64,000 nucleotides of DNA from the human T2T-CHM13v2.0 reference genome, Homo sapiens. This document shows, piece by piece, positions 48,619-64,000 of the stretch. Each line of letters starts with the position of its first letter. Within the stretch, counting starts at the first letter, position 1. The position numbers were made by a program, and so were the translations under genes. The notes beneath the pieces were generated by a model, which saw only the letters and a list, made by a program, of their open reading frames with translations, had not been told where the DNA came from and ran no database searches. The stretch lies in assembly GCF_009914755.1 (NCBI RefSeq), contig NC_060928.1; one strand, 5' to 3'.

Positions 48619-49504
48619 CTAGGGACGGGGAGAATTCTTCTCCCAACCCTCAAAGGTTTGAGTCTACTGAAATAAACTGACAATAGATGGATAAACAGGA
48701 GAAAAGACATACAAAGTCATTGATGCGCATAGTCATGAGAGCCATACAAAATATGAGAAACAAAGAAACAACAGATGGTTGAAGTTTATAGGGGAGCTTC
48801 ACAGGGGAAAGGGAGATGGGGAAAATGTAAGTAATTTTGAGAGGTTGTAAATAGTTTTTAGAGACAGTGAATGGATCTAAACAACAGACAATAGCTTGTA
48901 AATGATTCTCTTTGGACACTGAATGTGATCAAATTATGGAAGGTGAGAGGTAGAACTGCAATTTAAACAAAGGTTGTCTTGTTATGCGGATAAAGTCTCT
49001 TAGTATCTCTGGGCTTCTCTCAGAAGAATAGATTAAAAGTCTGTCTGGGCATGATGACAACTTTTAGTCTCTTCTTTTCTCTGGTGGTCAGTCCAACATG
49101 CTTATTTGATAAGATTCCTGTGGAGAAGTTTTTAAGACAATTGCATTTCTTTTGGAAGAATGAATGATTGTAAATGAATTATTTAATTCAATTATCTAAT
49201 CTAATCTCTTTGCAATTCTTCAAATTGCCTGACTTGTAAATCTTTATAGCAGTATTCAGCAAATTGCATTTTGTGGAAATTCAAGTTTCCCAAGCTACAT
49301 TTTTTGTTTTTGGCGGGGGGAGGAACTTTTCCTCAGTCAGGTAAAGGAACTCCCAGAAAGACCCCTTCCTACTTTTGGGAGAGGGGCAAGAGAAGATTAG
49401 AAAGTCCTTGGTTCTGAGCTTCTAAAACCTTCTGATTTTCTTTCACTCAAAAGTGCTCAGCATGCCAAAGCATCATACTTTAGTATCATTCTTTGTGCCC
49501 CAAC
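48619..49504 (-). mobile_element. ERV1 MER4-group solo LTR (MER49/MER39-like) with a foreign insert
   Basis: AAATAAACTGACAATAGA..AACAGGAGAAAAGACATACAAA at the left; AAGTGCTCAGCATGCCAAAGCATCATACTTT...GCCCCAAC at the right. Confidence 0.7.
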
Positions 49505-50059
49505 TATGCAAAATTAAATATGGATGTGAACTCAGTTATTTAAAATTATGTTAGTTAAATATGCATGTAATATGTGAGCAATATGTTTATGATTTACTGC
49601 TATATTTTAGGAAAAGTAAACATTAGATAAGATAAATGACAAGAGAAATCAGAAAAGGGGGAGGTATAAGAAAATATAGGCTGAGAATAAACGAGTAGAT
49701 GGTGATAAACTACAAAGAGAAGTACAATAGTAGAAACAGTGTCAAAGAAAGCAAAGATTATGAAAGAAGTCAATATGCAGATAACGAAGAGAAAGTAAAA
49801 GAGCAGCCAAGGACTATGAGAAAGATGGAAAGGTAATTAGTAAGTTCTAAGTTATCAGTCAAAGTGCATTGCTCTTAACATGTATTTTTAATTAAACAAT
49901 GCATTTTAGTAGAATTTCACACTGGGTTTTTATAAATGAATGATCTAATTACCCTCTTTTCACAGTTTTTCAAATTGCCTAACTAGAAAATCTTTAAAGC
50001 AGCATTTGTAAATTGTATATGGTGAAAATTCAGGTTTCTCCAGAAATGCCTCAATGCTC

Positions 50060-50481
50060 TGTTAAAATAAATCTTTAGACAAATTAAACGTAGAAAATTT
50101 TAATTGAGCAAAGAGTGATTTGCAAATTGAGCAGCCCCCAGACCAGAATAAGTTCAGAGCAACTACAGGGCTGCCACATGGTCAGATAACGTTTAAGGAC
50201 AGAAAGTGAAAAGTGATGCAAACAGAAAATAGAAGTGAGATACAGAAACACCCAGATTGGTTACAGCTCAGCATTTGCCTTATTTGAACCTGCTTTACAC
50301 ACTTAGCTGCCTATAGTTGACTAAAGTTTGGCTGCTCTTATTGCCTGAGACTCAGCTACTTGTTACAAGCATAGGTTAGTCCATTTACACATCAAGTTGA
50401 GTTACAGTTCATTATGTATGAAGAAATCTTCAGGCCAAACTTAAGTAAAGGAGGCAGCTTTAGGCCAAACATAACTTAACA
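50060..50481 (-). mobile_element. MER57-like (ERV1) solo LTR
   Basis: TGTTAAAATAAATCTTTAGACAAATTAAA...GATTGGTTACAGCTC...GGAGGCAGCTTTAGGCCAAAC..TTAACA. Confidence 0.75.
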
Positions 50482-50567
50482 GGTATAGTGTTTAATTCTA
50501 ATTCAATTTAATTTTAAATATTTTAAAACAACAATAAAAAACACAAAGGCTCAAAAATATTATGTAG

Positions 50568-50916
<349 letters not shown>

Positions 50917-52879
50917 CTGTTTATTTTTATTTTTATTTTTGTTTCAGACATCAGGATAAAGTTTCTCCTGCCATTTCTGTTTAAATCAATTGCATCTTTT
51001 AAAGTAGAAGGCATAATGTTAAAAAAAAAGAAGCATTTATATTTTGAACCATTCATCTGAGTGAATCAAGATTTTTTCATAGTTTATGAATTTAAAGAAA
51101 GAGAAACCTGATTTAATGTTCACATTAAAATAAACATTATAATATTAATTAAGTATAAAATAAAGCATTATTTATTTTGATCAGAATTTACTGAAAAGTT
51201 TTATTTTGAAAACAAACAAAAAGCCAAATTGAGTACTAGTAGAGCAGTTTTAAGCAATTAAATCCAGGTCAGACTTCAACCCAGAATAGTAGTGCTCACA
51301 TTTTACTACCTCTCTGTGAAAGAAGGGCATTTTGATTTTCCTCTTCACATTCATTTCAGGAACTGGAAAAAATTCTTTTTAAAAAAATACACTAAAACTA
51401 AAACAGCTCATCATATTGATTCCCCAAGGAAGTTTTGACTTACAGACAGCAAATTAAGAGCAAGCGCAGGGTCCTTGTGGTTATTTCTTTCAACATGCAA
51501 AACAATTTTCCTTTTATAAATGAGTTTAGCTAATGTGCCTTTGAGATGATTCATAGTTCACTGACAGCTGTTTACCTTCAAGCCCACCTCAGATAATTTA
51601 CCCTTCTCTCTAGTCGCATTTGAATTCAACATAAACATGCTCAGTAAATTCTCTTGGTAACAAGTTAAAGGTTAGATTGTCTTTCGGCAATGGATTTGAT
51701 TTCCAACCAGGTGGAAAGCAGAGAAAGAAGTTGCAGATACTTGCAAGAGCAAAATTAAAGACAGGAAATTTTAATTGGCCTCTAGGTATGACTATTATTG
51801 GTTAAATTCTGATTAAGTGGTGTAAATTACATTTTATTAGTATGTACCTAATATTATTCAGATTTACCATATTCTATTTTCTTTATGTTTGTATAATTTC
51901 GAGATCACTAACTTATTAAAATATGCAATGTGATATAAAACCCAATTATATAATTCATATATTTAAAGTTTTCAATGTGAATACCACTCAAAAACCTTTC
52001 TGAAGATATTATTTACAAAAAGTTCAGAAATGATGCCTACTCTTTAAGGTCACATTAGAAAACTGTAGTGTAGAACACATTATGATATATATTTGCTTTA
52101 TTTTCTTATAGTGGTGGATTAAATATAATAGGTCACATATTATGGCTTAGAAAATATTTTGAGTATCATAAATATTCTGTTCTCCAAACACTCTGTAAGA
52201 TAGACTGCAAATTTTCTTATTTCCATTTTAAAATAAATAATAATAAAAGCTCAGTGACCTGACCTTTGTTACACTATTGGTAAAGTAAAACCAGAAACCA
52301 TACCATACATATATACTTCAAAACTTTAAGCCATACTGCTTGTACAATATATTTTATTCTAGCACAGATGCCCAAAGTAAAGCAAACATTTTTGTTTTAT
52401 TTCTCCCAGTTCTAAAATACTGGGTTTGCTGATTTTTAATTTCTACACAAATATAACTGGTGAAGATATGTTTCCCAAAGACCTTTTTTGATTTGGTTGG
52501 CTGATTACTATCATTTGAGGATCTTAATTTACCTCCTTAAAAAAATCTTTGATAAGGTTGGTTGTTGGAGTGGGTTATAGGATGTGGTCGGGGTAGCCAC
52601 AGAGAAAATAAAAAAAGATTCATATTTTCACTGACCTCTTTACACATTTTGCTGCAAGATTATATTTACACAGTTCTAAAGAAAGTTTTGAGCGTTGTAT
52701 GATTGAGGCTAATAAATGAACTTTGTTTTTTTTCTGAGTTTTGGGCACTAGGAAAAGTATTACTCTAACAGAAAAGACAGAAACTGGAAGAAATCTAGAT
52801 TTTTTGGAAATCTTAATTTTGGGTAATATTCATTTGATTTTAACTGATAGACAGTAGATTAATGCCAAATGCCGCTTTT

Positions 52880-53190
52880 CAGCAGCATAGCGTGAAGATT
52901 CGTAACCCTGGCATCACCTCCAGAGATTGTGCTTCAATTACTTGGTTAGAGCCCAGACACTGCTATTTGTATAAGCGTCCCATGAGAGGCTAAAATGCTG
53001 CCATGGTTGAAATCCAATGGTGAAACTCACGCTAGTTTTGGGGCTGAAAAACCTGGGCTTTCGCTCATTAAACACAGGTGTGGATCATGCTGCTATTTAA
53101 CTTTTTTAAAATATCAGATCCTTTCTCTGTAAAATGAGGTTATTAAAGCTTATTTTGAAGAGTTTCTGTGAAGATTGTTAATTATCCATA
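52880..53190. mobile_element. MER5-like remnant followed by MIR
   Basis: CACCTCCAGAGATTGTGCTTCAATT...GGTTGAAATCCAATG; AACCTGGGCTT...CTCTGTAAAATGAGG. Confidence 0.45.
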
Positions 53191-54054
53191 TCTTCCTGTT
53201 TTGTTGACCATTACATACTGGATTTTTTTTCTTACCGATTTTTTATTAAGAAAAAACACATCTAAATTAAAAATTTGGAAAAAAAATCAATTTTTAAAAA
53301 TGAAATGCCTGCAAAGGAGATTAGGTGGAAATGAACTATTTTCACACAACACAGAGCAACATTTCTCATAAAATTGTTTCAGATATGGGACTATCTCTAA
53401 GTCCCATTTATCCAGCAGCCTTATCTCCAAACCCCTTTGCTCATTGTTAACTGTACTCCCAGTGCTAGTTCTCTCTCATTTTCCTCTGTTGCTTCTCTTT
53501 TCCTCCAACTTCCATAGTTTATATATTTTCTCTTCTATGTAGATCTCCTTTTTGTTTATGTCAATCTATTTAGTGTCTCCCAGCTTCTCTTAAACCTCTT
53601 TTTCACAAATTAATCTTCACTATAAAGGCCTAGAAGCTTAAGTGTACAGATAAAACAAAAACAAAAACTAAACAAGACAACTCCTTTAATGGCCACTTAC
53701 AAAGTGAACAATTTTCAAGAATTCTTATATAGCTAGAATGTTTTTATAAATGAATAAAGAGTACTAAGAAATAAAAACTGAAATTTACTATGCCCCCACC
53801 AAAAAGTTTAAACTACCTAACCAAAGGAAGATCCCTGTTTTCTGAAGCAGAGAGAAAGCGGCCCAGTTGCTAGAATTTAAAGCAGCTTTATTTCAGTCTG
53901 TAGGCAATAGTAACAGTATAAATTTGGGGGTCATGTTTCTTAAATTAATCTATGCTTGACTTCTTTAGAGGTATTGTCAGTTGTTGAAATTTTATTTGAA
54001 AAACAATTTATATAAGCACAGTCTGGATCATCTTTATTATCTTAGCCTTACAGA

Positions 54055-54170
54055 GCAGTTCTATTCAAAATTTACTGTGCATATAAAACAACTGAGTTCT
54101 GTTAATTTGAAAATCTGATTTAGTAGTCCTAGCATGAAGCACAAAATCTGCATTTCTAAGAAACTCTAGG
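54055..54170. mobile_element. MER5-like relic that served as the L1PA3 target (continues after 60217)
   Basis: TCTGATTTAGTAGTCCTAG...AATCTGCATTTCTAAGAAACTC resembles MER5A. Confidence 0.55.
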
Positions 54171-54173
54171 TAA

Positions 54174-55076
54174 GAGGGAGCCAAGATGGCTGAATAGGAA
54201 CAGCTCTGGTCTACAGCTCCCAGCCTGAGCGATGCAGAAGACGGGTGATTTTTTGCATTTCCATCTGAGGTACCGGGTTCATCTCACTAGGGAGTGCCAG
54301 ACAGTGGGCGCAGGTCAGTGGGTGCATGCACCCTGCGCGAGCCGAAGCAGGGCGAGGCACTGCCTCACACGGGAAGTGCCAAGGGGTCAGGGAGTTCACT
54401 TTCCTAGTCAAAGAAAGGGGTGACAGACGGCATCTGGAAAATCAGGTCACTCCCACCCGAATACTGCGCTTTTCCGATGGGCTTAAAAATCGGCGCACCA
54501 GGAGATTATATCCCGCACATGGCTCGGAGGGTCCTAAGCCCACGGAGTCTCGCTGATTGCTAGCACAGCAGTCTGAGATCAAACTGCAAGGCAGGCAGCA
54601 GTGAGGCTGGGGGAGGGGCGCCCGCCATTGCCCAGGCTTGCTTAGGTAAACAAAGCAGCCGGGAAGCTCCAACTGGGTGGAGCCCACCACAGCTCAAGGA
54701 GGCCTGCCTGCCTCTGTAGGCTCCACATCTGGGGGAAGGGCACAGATAAACAAGACAGCAGTACCCTCTGCAGACTTAAATGTCCCTGTCTGACAGCTTT
54801 GAAGAGAGCAGTGGTTCTCCCAGCAGGCAGCTGGAGATCTGAGAACGGGCAGACTGCCTCCTCAAGTGGGTCCCTGACCCATGACCCCCGAGCAGCCTAA
54901 CTGGGAGGCACCCCCCAGCAGGGGCAGACTGACACTTCACACGGCCAGGTACTCCAACAGACCTGCAGCTGTGGGTCCTGTCTGTTAGAAGGAAAACTAA
55001 CAAACAGGACATCCACAACAAAAACCCATCTGTATATCACCATAATCAAAGACCAAAAGTAGATAAAACCACAAAG
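54174..55076 (+). promoter_or_regulatory. L1 5' UTR internal sense promoter (YY1 core AAGATGGC near 54183) and antisense promoter region
   Basis: Homology to the L1PA 5' UTR; activity not shown. Confidence 0.6.
54442..54628 (-). pseudogene. ORF0: L1 ORF0, frameshifted and truncated
   Basis: PCSLISDCCASNQRDSVG...GPSEP is present, but the ATG at 54628-54626 is out of frame with it and a stop follows IRVGVT. Confidence 0.75.
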
Positions 55077-56092
55077 ATGGGGAAAAAACAGAGCAGAAAA
55101 ACTGGAAACTCTAAAAAGCAGAGTGCCTCTCCTCCTCCAAAGGAATGCAGTTCCTCACCAGCAATGGAACAAACCTGGAGGGAGAATGACTTTGACGAGA
55201 TGAGAGAAGAAGGCTTCAGATGATCAAATTACTCTGAGCTACAGGAGGAAATTCAAACCAAAGGCAAAGAAGTTGAAAACTTTGAAAAAAGTTTAGAAGA
55301 ATGTATAACTAGAATAACAAATAGAGAGAAGTGCTTAAAGGAGCTGATGGAGCTGAAAACCAAGGCTCGAGAACTACGTGAAGAATGCAGAGGACTCGGA
55401 GCCAATGCGATCAACTGGAAGAAAGGGTATCAGCGATGGAAGATGAAGTGAATGAAATGAAACGAGAAGGGAAGTTTAGAGAAAAAAGAATAAAAAGAAA
55501 TGAGCAAAGCGTCCAATAAATATGGGACTATGTGAAAAGACCAAATCTACGTCTGACTGGTGTACCTGAAAGTGATGGGGAGAATGGAACCAAGTTGGAA
55601 AACACTCTGAAGGATATTATCCAGGAGAACTTCCCCAATCTAGCAAGGCAGGCCAACATTCAGATTCAGGAAATACAGAGAACGCCACAAAGATACTCCT
55701 CAAGAAGAGCAACTCCAAGACACATAATTGTCAGATTCACCAAAGTTGAAATGAAGGAAAAAATGTTAAGGGCAGCCAGAGAGAAAGGTCAGGTTACCCA
55801 CAAAGGGAAGCCCATCAGACTAACAGCGGATCTCTTGGCAGAAACTCTACAAGCCAGAAGAGAGTGGGGGCCAATATTCAACATTCTTAAAGAAAAGAAT
55901 TTTCAACCCAGAATTTCATATCCAGCCAAACTAAGCTTCATAAGTGAAGGAGAAATAAAATCCTTTACAGACAAGCAAATGCTGAGAGATTTTGTCACCA
56001 CCAGGCCCACCCTAAAAGAGCTCCTGAAGGAAGCGCTAAACATAGAAAGGAACAACCGATACCAGCTGCTGCAAAATCATGCCAAAATGTAA
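55077..56092 (+). pseudogene. ORF1: L1 ORF1p (RNA-binding chaperone), disrupted
   Basis: ATG 55077 (MGKKQSRKTG); TGA at 55221-55223 (codon 49); 1-bp deletion near 55397; stop near 55517; C-terminal part open as 55532..56092. Confidence 0.92.
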
Positions 56093-56140
56093 AGACCATT
56101 GAGACTAGGAAGAAACTGCATGAACTAACGAGCAAAATAA

Positions 56141-59978
<3,838 letters not shown>

Positions 59979-60977
59979 ACAATGAGAATACATGGACACA
60001 GGAAGGGGAACAGGACACTCTGGGGACTGTTGTGGGGTGGGGGGAGTGGGGAGGGATAGCATTGGGACATATACCTAATGCTAGATGATGAGTTAGTGGG
60101 TGCAGCGCACCAGCATGGCACATGTATACATATGTAACTAACCTGCACATTGTGCACATGTACCCTAAAACTTAAAGTATAATAATAATAAATTTAAAAA
60201 AAAAAAGAAACTCTAGGCGTTTCTCATGATGACTAATTCCTATACTGTGGGTCTGTGAACCAGCTGTTTTTGTATGTAGGCAAAGACCTAGACACTGCTT
60301 TTATATTCCAAGAGAAACAAAACAACACGAAGAAATAAAGAAGTTACAGTATTTTAATGATGAAATATGCATTTTTAAATAATAGCTTGGGCCCAAAGTG
60401 GAACTGTTTAACTGTCACAGCCTAGCAGAAAATAATGGAAGCAGACGCAGTACATTTATAATGTCAACACATGGCTCAGTGACATCTCACTAAGATCTAT
60501 ATAAAAGTTTCAAAGGAGTTTAAAGAATGATGGAGTGAAATATGTTAGCATGAGGGTATTATTGTCTGTGTGTGTGTGTATAAAAAAAAACTATATATAG
60601 AGACCAAGTTAAAAATAACCCTGTAACATATTTATGTTAAAGATTTAATTTATTTTAGTGATAAAAATCAAACATCATATTTAAATAATTATGTTCATTT
60701 GAATATCAGAGGTTCTGAAATATAGTTTGTACAGATTTAAAGTAAGTTTGTACTTTATGGCTGGATATGTTATAATAATGGGGACTTTATACTTACTAAT
60801 AGATTTTTGAATATTTAAGTCTTACAATAAAAATACTTTAATTCAACATTATGGATATGAAAAAGTATACATACAAAATATCCAGAGAAAAAGTGGGAAG
60901 GGAAGTTAAAAATTAATTTTCATTTAAAAATAGATAGAACATTCTGTCCTACATAAAAAAAAAAAAAAATCATTCTT

Positions 60978-61270
60978 TCTGGGTGCAGTGGCTTACTCCT
61001 GTAATCCCAGCACTTTGGGAGGCCAAGGCAGGCGGATCATGAGGTCAGTAGATTGAGACCACCCTGGTCAACATGGTGAAACCCTGTCTCTACTAAAAAA
61101 AAAATACAAAAATTAGACGGGCATGGTGGCATGCACCTGTAATCCCAGCTACTTGGGAGGTTGAGGCAGGAGAATCGCTTGAACCGGGATGCGGAGGTTG
61201 CAGTGAGCCAAGATGGTACCACTGTACTCCATCCTGGGCAACAGAGCAAGACTCCATCTCAAAAAAAAAA
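60978..61270 (+). mobile_element. AluSc-like
   Basis: Full dimer with GGATCATGAGGTCAGTAGATTGAGACC and A-tail. Confidence 0.9.
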
Positions 61271-61499
61271 TTCTATATATATAAAAAAAATTGCTACTTA
61301 AGATACATGGTAGGGTAATTACTTTCCTTTATAATTTTAATTTATTTTATTAAATCAAAAGGGAAAGATAGATCTTTTACATTTGAAAATTTATTTGAAG
61401 TCAATTTGCATTCCCATCAAAAATTAGATTATGCTGTTTGTATTTCTGGCTGTAGTAAGAAGAGTGATTTATGCTATTTAAATGTAATTTTTAGTGAGA

Positions 61500-64000
61500 A
61501 ATGAGATGTTTACCCCTAGAATTAGAAATGAGACAAGGATCATCCTTCTTACCTCTCCTTTCAATATCTTACTGGAAAAGTTCTGTATAATGTAATAAAA
61601 TGAGACGAGCGAATAAAATATATACAGACTGGGAGCAAAGAAATGAAGCTATCTTTGCAGGTCACATGATTGTCTATGTAGAAAATCACAAAGAATAAAG
61701 AAAAAACAAAAACAAAATAATTCTCTTGGAAATAATAAGTGATCATAGCAAGGTTATAGGATACAAGATTAATATACAAAGGTCCATCACTTTCCTATAT
61801 ACCAGCAGTGAACAATGCAAGCTTTGAATTAAAAGCACAGCATTACTTACATTAGCATAAAGCACAAATGAAACATTTCACTCTGACAAAATTTATGCAA
61901 AATCTATACCAGTAAAACTACAAAATTTGATTAAAGCAATCCAAGATCATCTAAAACCAGAGATTTTCTGTTAATGGATAGGAAGTCTCAATATTACTAA
62001 CATGTACTTTTTCCCAATGTGTTCTAGAAATTCAATGCAGTCCAAATGAAAATTCTAGCAAGTTATAAGGTTTATATGGAAATTGATTTTCCCAGAAAAG
62101 CAAACACAACACTGAAGAAAAACAAAGAGAGGACTTACACTACCTGCTTTAAGACTGACTAAGAAGATACAAGGATCAAGACAGTGTGGTATCAGTAAAA
62201 GAATAGACAAGTAGATCAATCGAATAGTATAGAAAGTCCAGAAATAGTAACATACACACAAATACTGTCAGCTAATCTTTGATGAAAGAGCAAACACAAT
62301 TCAATAGAAAAAAAACAGACTGCCACAAGCGATGCTAGAAAAACTGGCATGCACGTGTAAAACAATAATAGCTAAACAACCACCAATCAAACCTATACAC
62401 AGATCTTACAACTTTCACAAAAATTAACTCAGATTCAATCATATAATTAAATGTAAAATGCAAAACTATAAAACTTCTAAAAGATAGCATAGAAGAAAAC
62501 CTAGGTGACTGTGAGCAATGTCTTTTTAGATAGAACACCAAAAGTACTAGCCAAGAAAGTGAACAAATAAGTTGGGCATTGTTAAAATTAAAAAAAAATT
62601 GATCTGTGAAAGACATGTTTATTGTTAGAATAAAATGCCAACCAACAGTCAGGGAGAAAATATTTGCAATTCATACCTGATGATATACCTATATTAGTCT
62701 GTTCTCATTATTACTATAAAAAACTACCTGAGTGAGATTGGGTATTTATAAAGAAAGGAGATTTAATCGACTCACAGTTCTGTAGACTGTAAAGGAATCA
62801 TGGCTGGGGAGGCCTTAGGAAACTTACAATCTTGGCGGAAGGCAAAGGGGAAGCAGGCATGTCTTATTTAGTTGGAAAAGCAATCAGATCTCATGAGAAC
62901 TCACTATCATTAAAACAGCAAGTGGGAAATTCACCTCCATGATCCAATCACATCCCATTAGGCCCTTCCTTCAACACTGGCGATTCCAATTTGAAATGGG
63001 ATTTGAGTGGTGACACAAATTCAAACCATATTAGTAGCATTATACAAAACATACAAAAAAAAAACCCTTAAAACTCAACTGTATGAAAACAAACAATTTT
63101 AAGAAGACAGACAAAAAAAAATCAGAAAATACATCTAACCAAAGAAGATACAAATAACAAATAAGCATTTGAAAGATGCTCAAAATTATATTTCGTAAAG
63201 GAATTTAAAGTTACAGCAACAATGAAATTCCATTACAAAGCTAACAGAATGACTAAAATCCAGAACACTGACAATACTAAATTCCAGTGAGAATGCGAAA
63301 GAACAGGAATAGTTTTTTATTGCTGATGGAAATGCCAAACAGTACAGCCACTATGGAAGACAGGTAAGCAACTTCTTTCAAAACTAAACCAAGGCTTGCT
63401 ATACAATCCAGCAATTACACTCCTAGATATATATGCTGAGTTGAAAACTAATGTCCACACAATACCTTGCCCATAAATGTTTACAGAATATTTATTCAGA
63501 GCCACCAGAAATTAGATGCAGTCAAGATCCCTTCCAATGGTGAATGAATAAACAAAGTGTGGTACTTCCACACAATGAAAATATATTTTAGTGATAAAAA
63601 GAAATGGGCTATGAAGCTGTAAAAAGACATAGAGGAACTTCAAATACATATTGCTGAGCAAAAGAAGCCAATCTGAAAGACTCTAAATTGTATGATTCCA
63701 ACTATATAACATTCTGCAAAATACTGCACTCTGAAGACCTAGAAAGATCAGTGTTTGAGAGGAGTTTACATATGATAGGAAAGGATGAATAAATGTACCA
63801 CAGGGCATTATTAGGGCAGTGAAAATATGCTACTGTAAAGGTGGATTATTGACTTTATGCATTTGTGAAATTTCATAGAACTATACAACACAAAGGGTGT
63901 AACCTAATGTAAACCATGATGTATCAATATGGGTTCATCACTTGTAATTTGGTCATCAAATCTACCACACTGATGCAGGATATTAATATGAAGCAAATTG
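61500..64000 (+). mobile_element. L1MC1/2-like ORF2 3' part and 3' UTR, interrupted by an MST LTR
   Basis: TTTGCAGGTCACATGATTGTCTATGTAGAAAATC (FADD region); AGAAGCCAATCTGAAA...TTAGGGCAGTGAAA 3' UTR. Confidence 0.75.
62690..63033 (-). mobile_element. MSTA-like solo LTR with internal deletion
   Basis: TATATTAGTCTGTTCTC...GGAGGCCTTAGGAAACTTACAATC...GACACAAATTCAAACCATATTA. Confidence 0.85.

Overview
This is AT-rich, CpG-depleted primate genomic DNA. AluY plus an L1PA3-type element point to a hominoid, probably human. I see no host protein-coding exon, RNA gene or CRISPR-like array. Roughly half the window is interspersed repeats: a full-length but inactivated L1PA3 with target-site duplication (TSD) at 54174-60204, large older L1s (L1PB4-, L1PA15/16-, L1MA4A- and L1MC1-like), a complete THE1B MaLR provirus with a perfect 5-bp TSD, several solo LTRs, nine Alus and DNA-transposon relics. 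The ORF track consists of L1 ORF1/ORF2 pieces plus spurious repeat-derived or chance ORFs. I find no convincing new biological system. The most unusual signals are small rearrangements: a 46-bp inverted duplication forming a pre-miRNA-like hairpin inside an LTR16, an AluY with a quasi-palindrome conversion and a templated insertion, a ~120-bp copy of nearby sequence pasted into an LTR, and a tailless internal L1 fragment replacing part of another LTR. Subfamily names come from my recall of consensus sequences and should be confirmed with RepeatMasker/Dfam.
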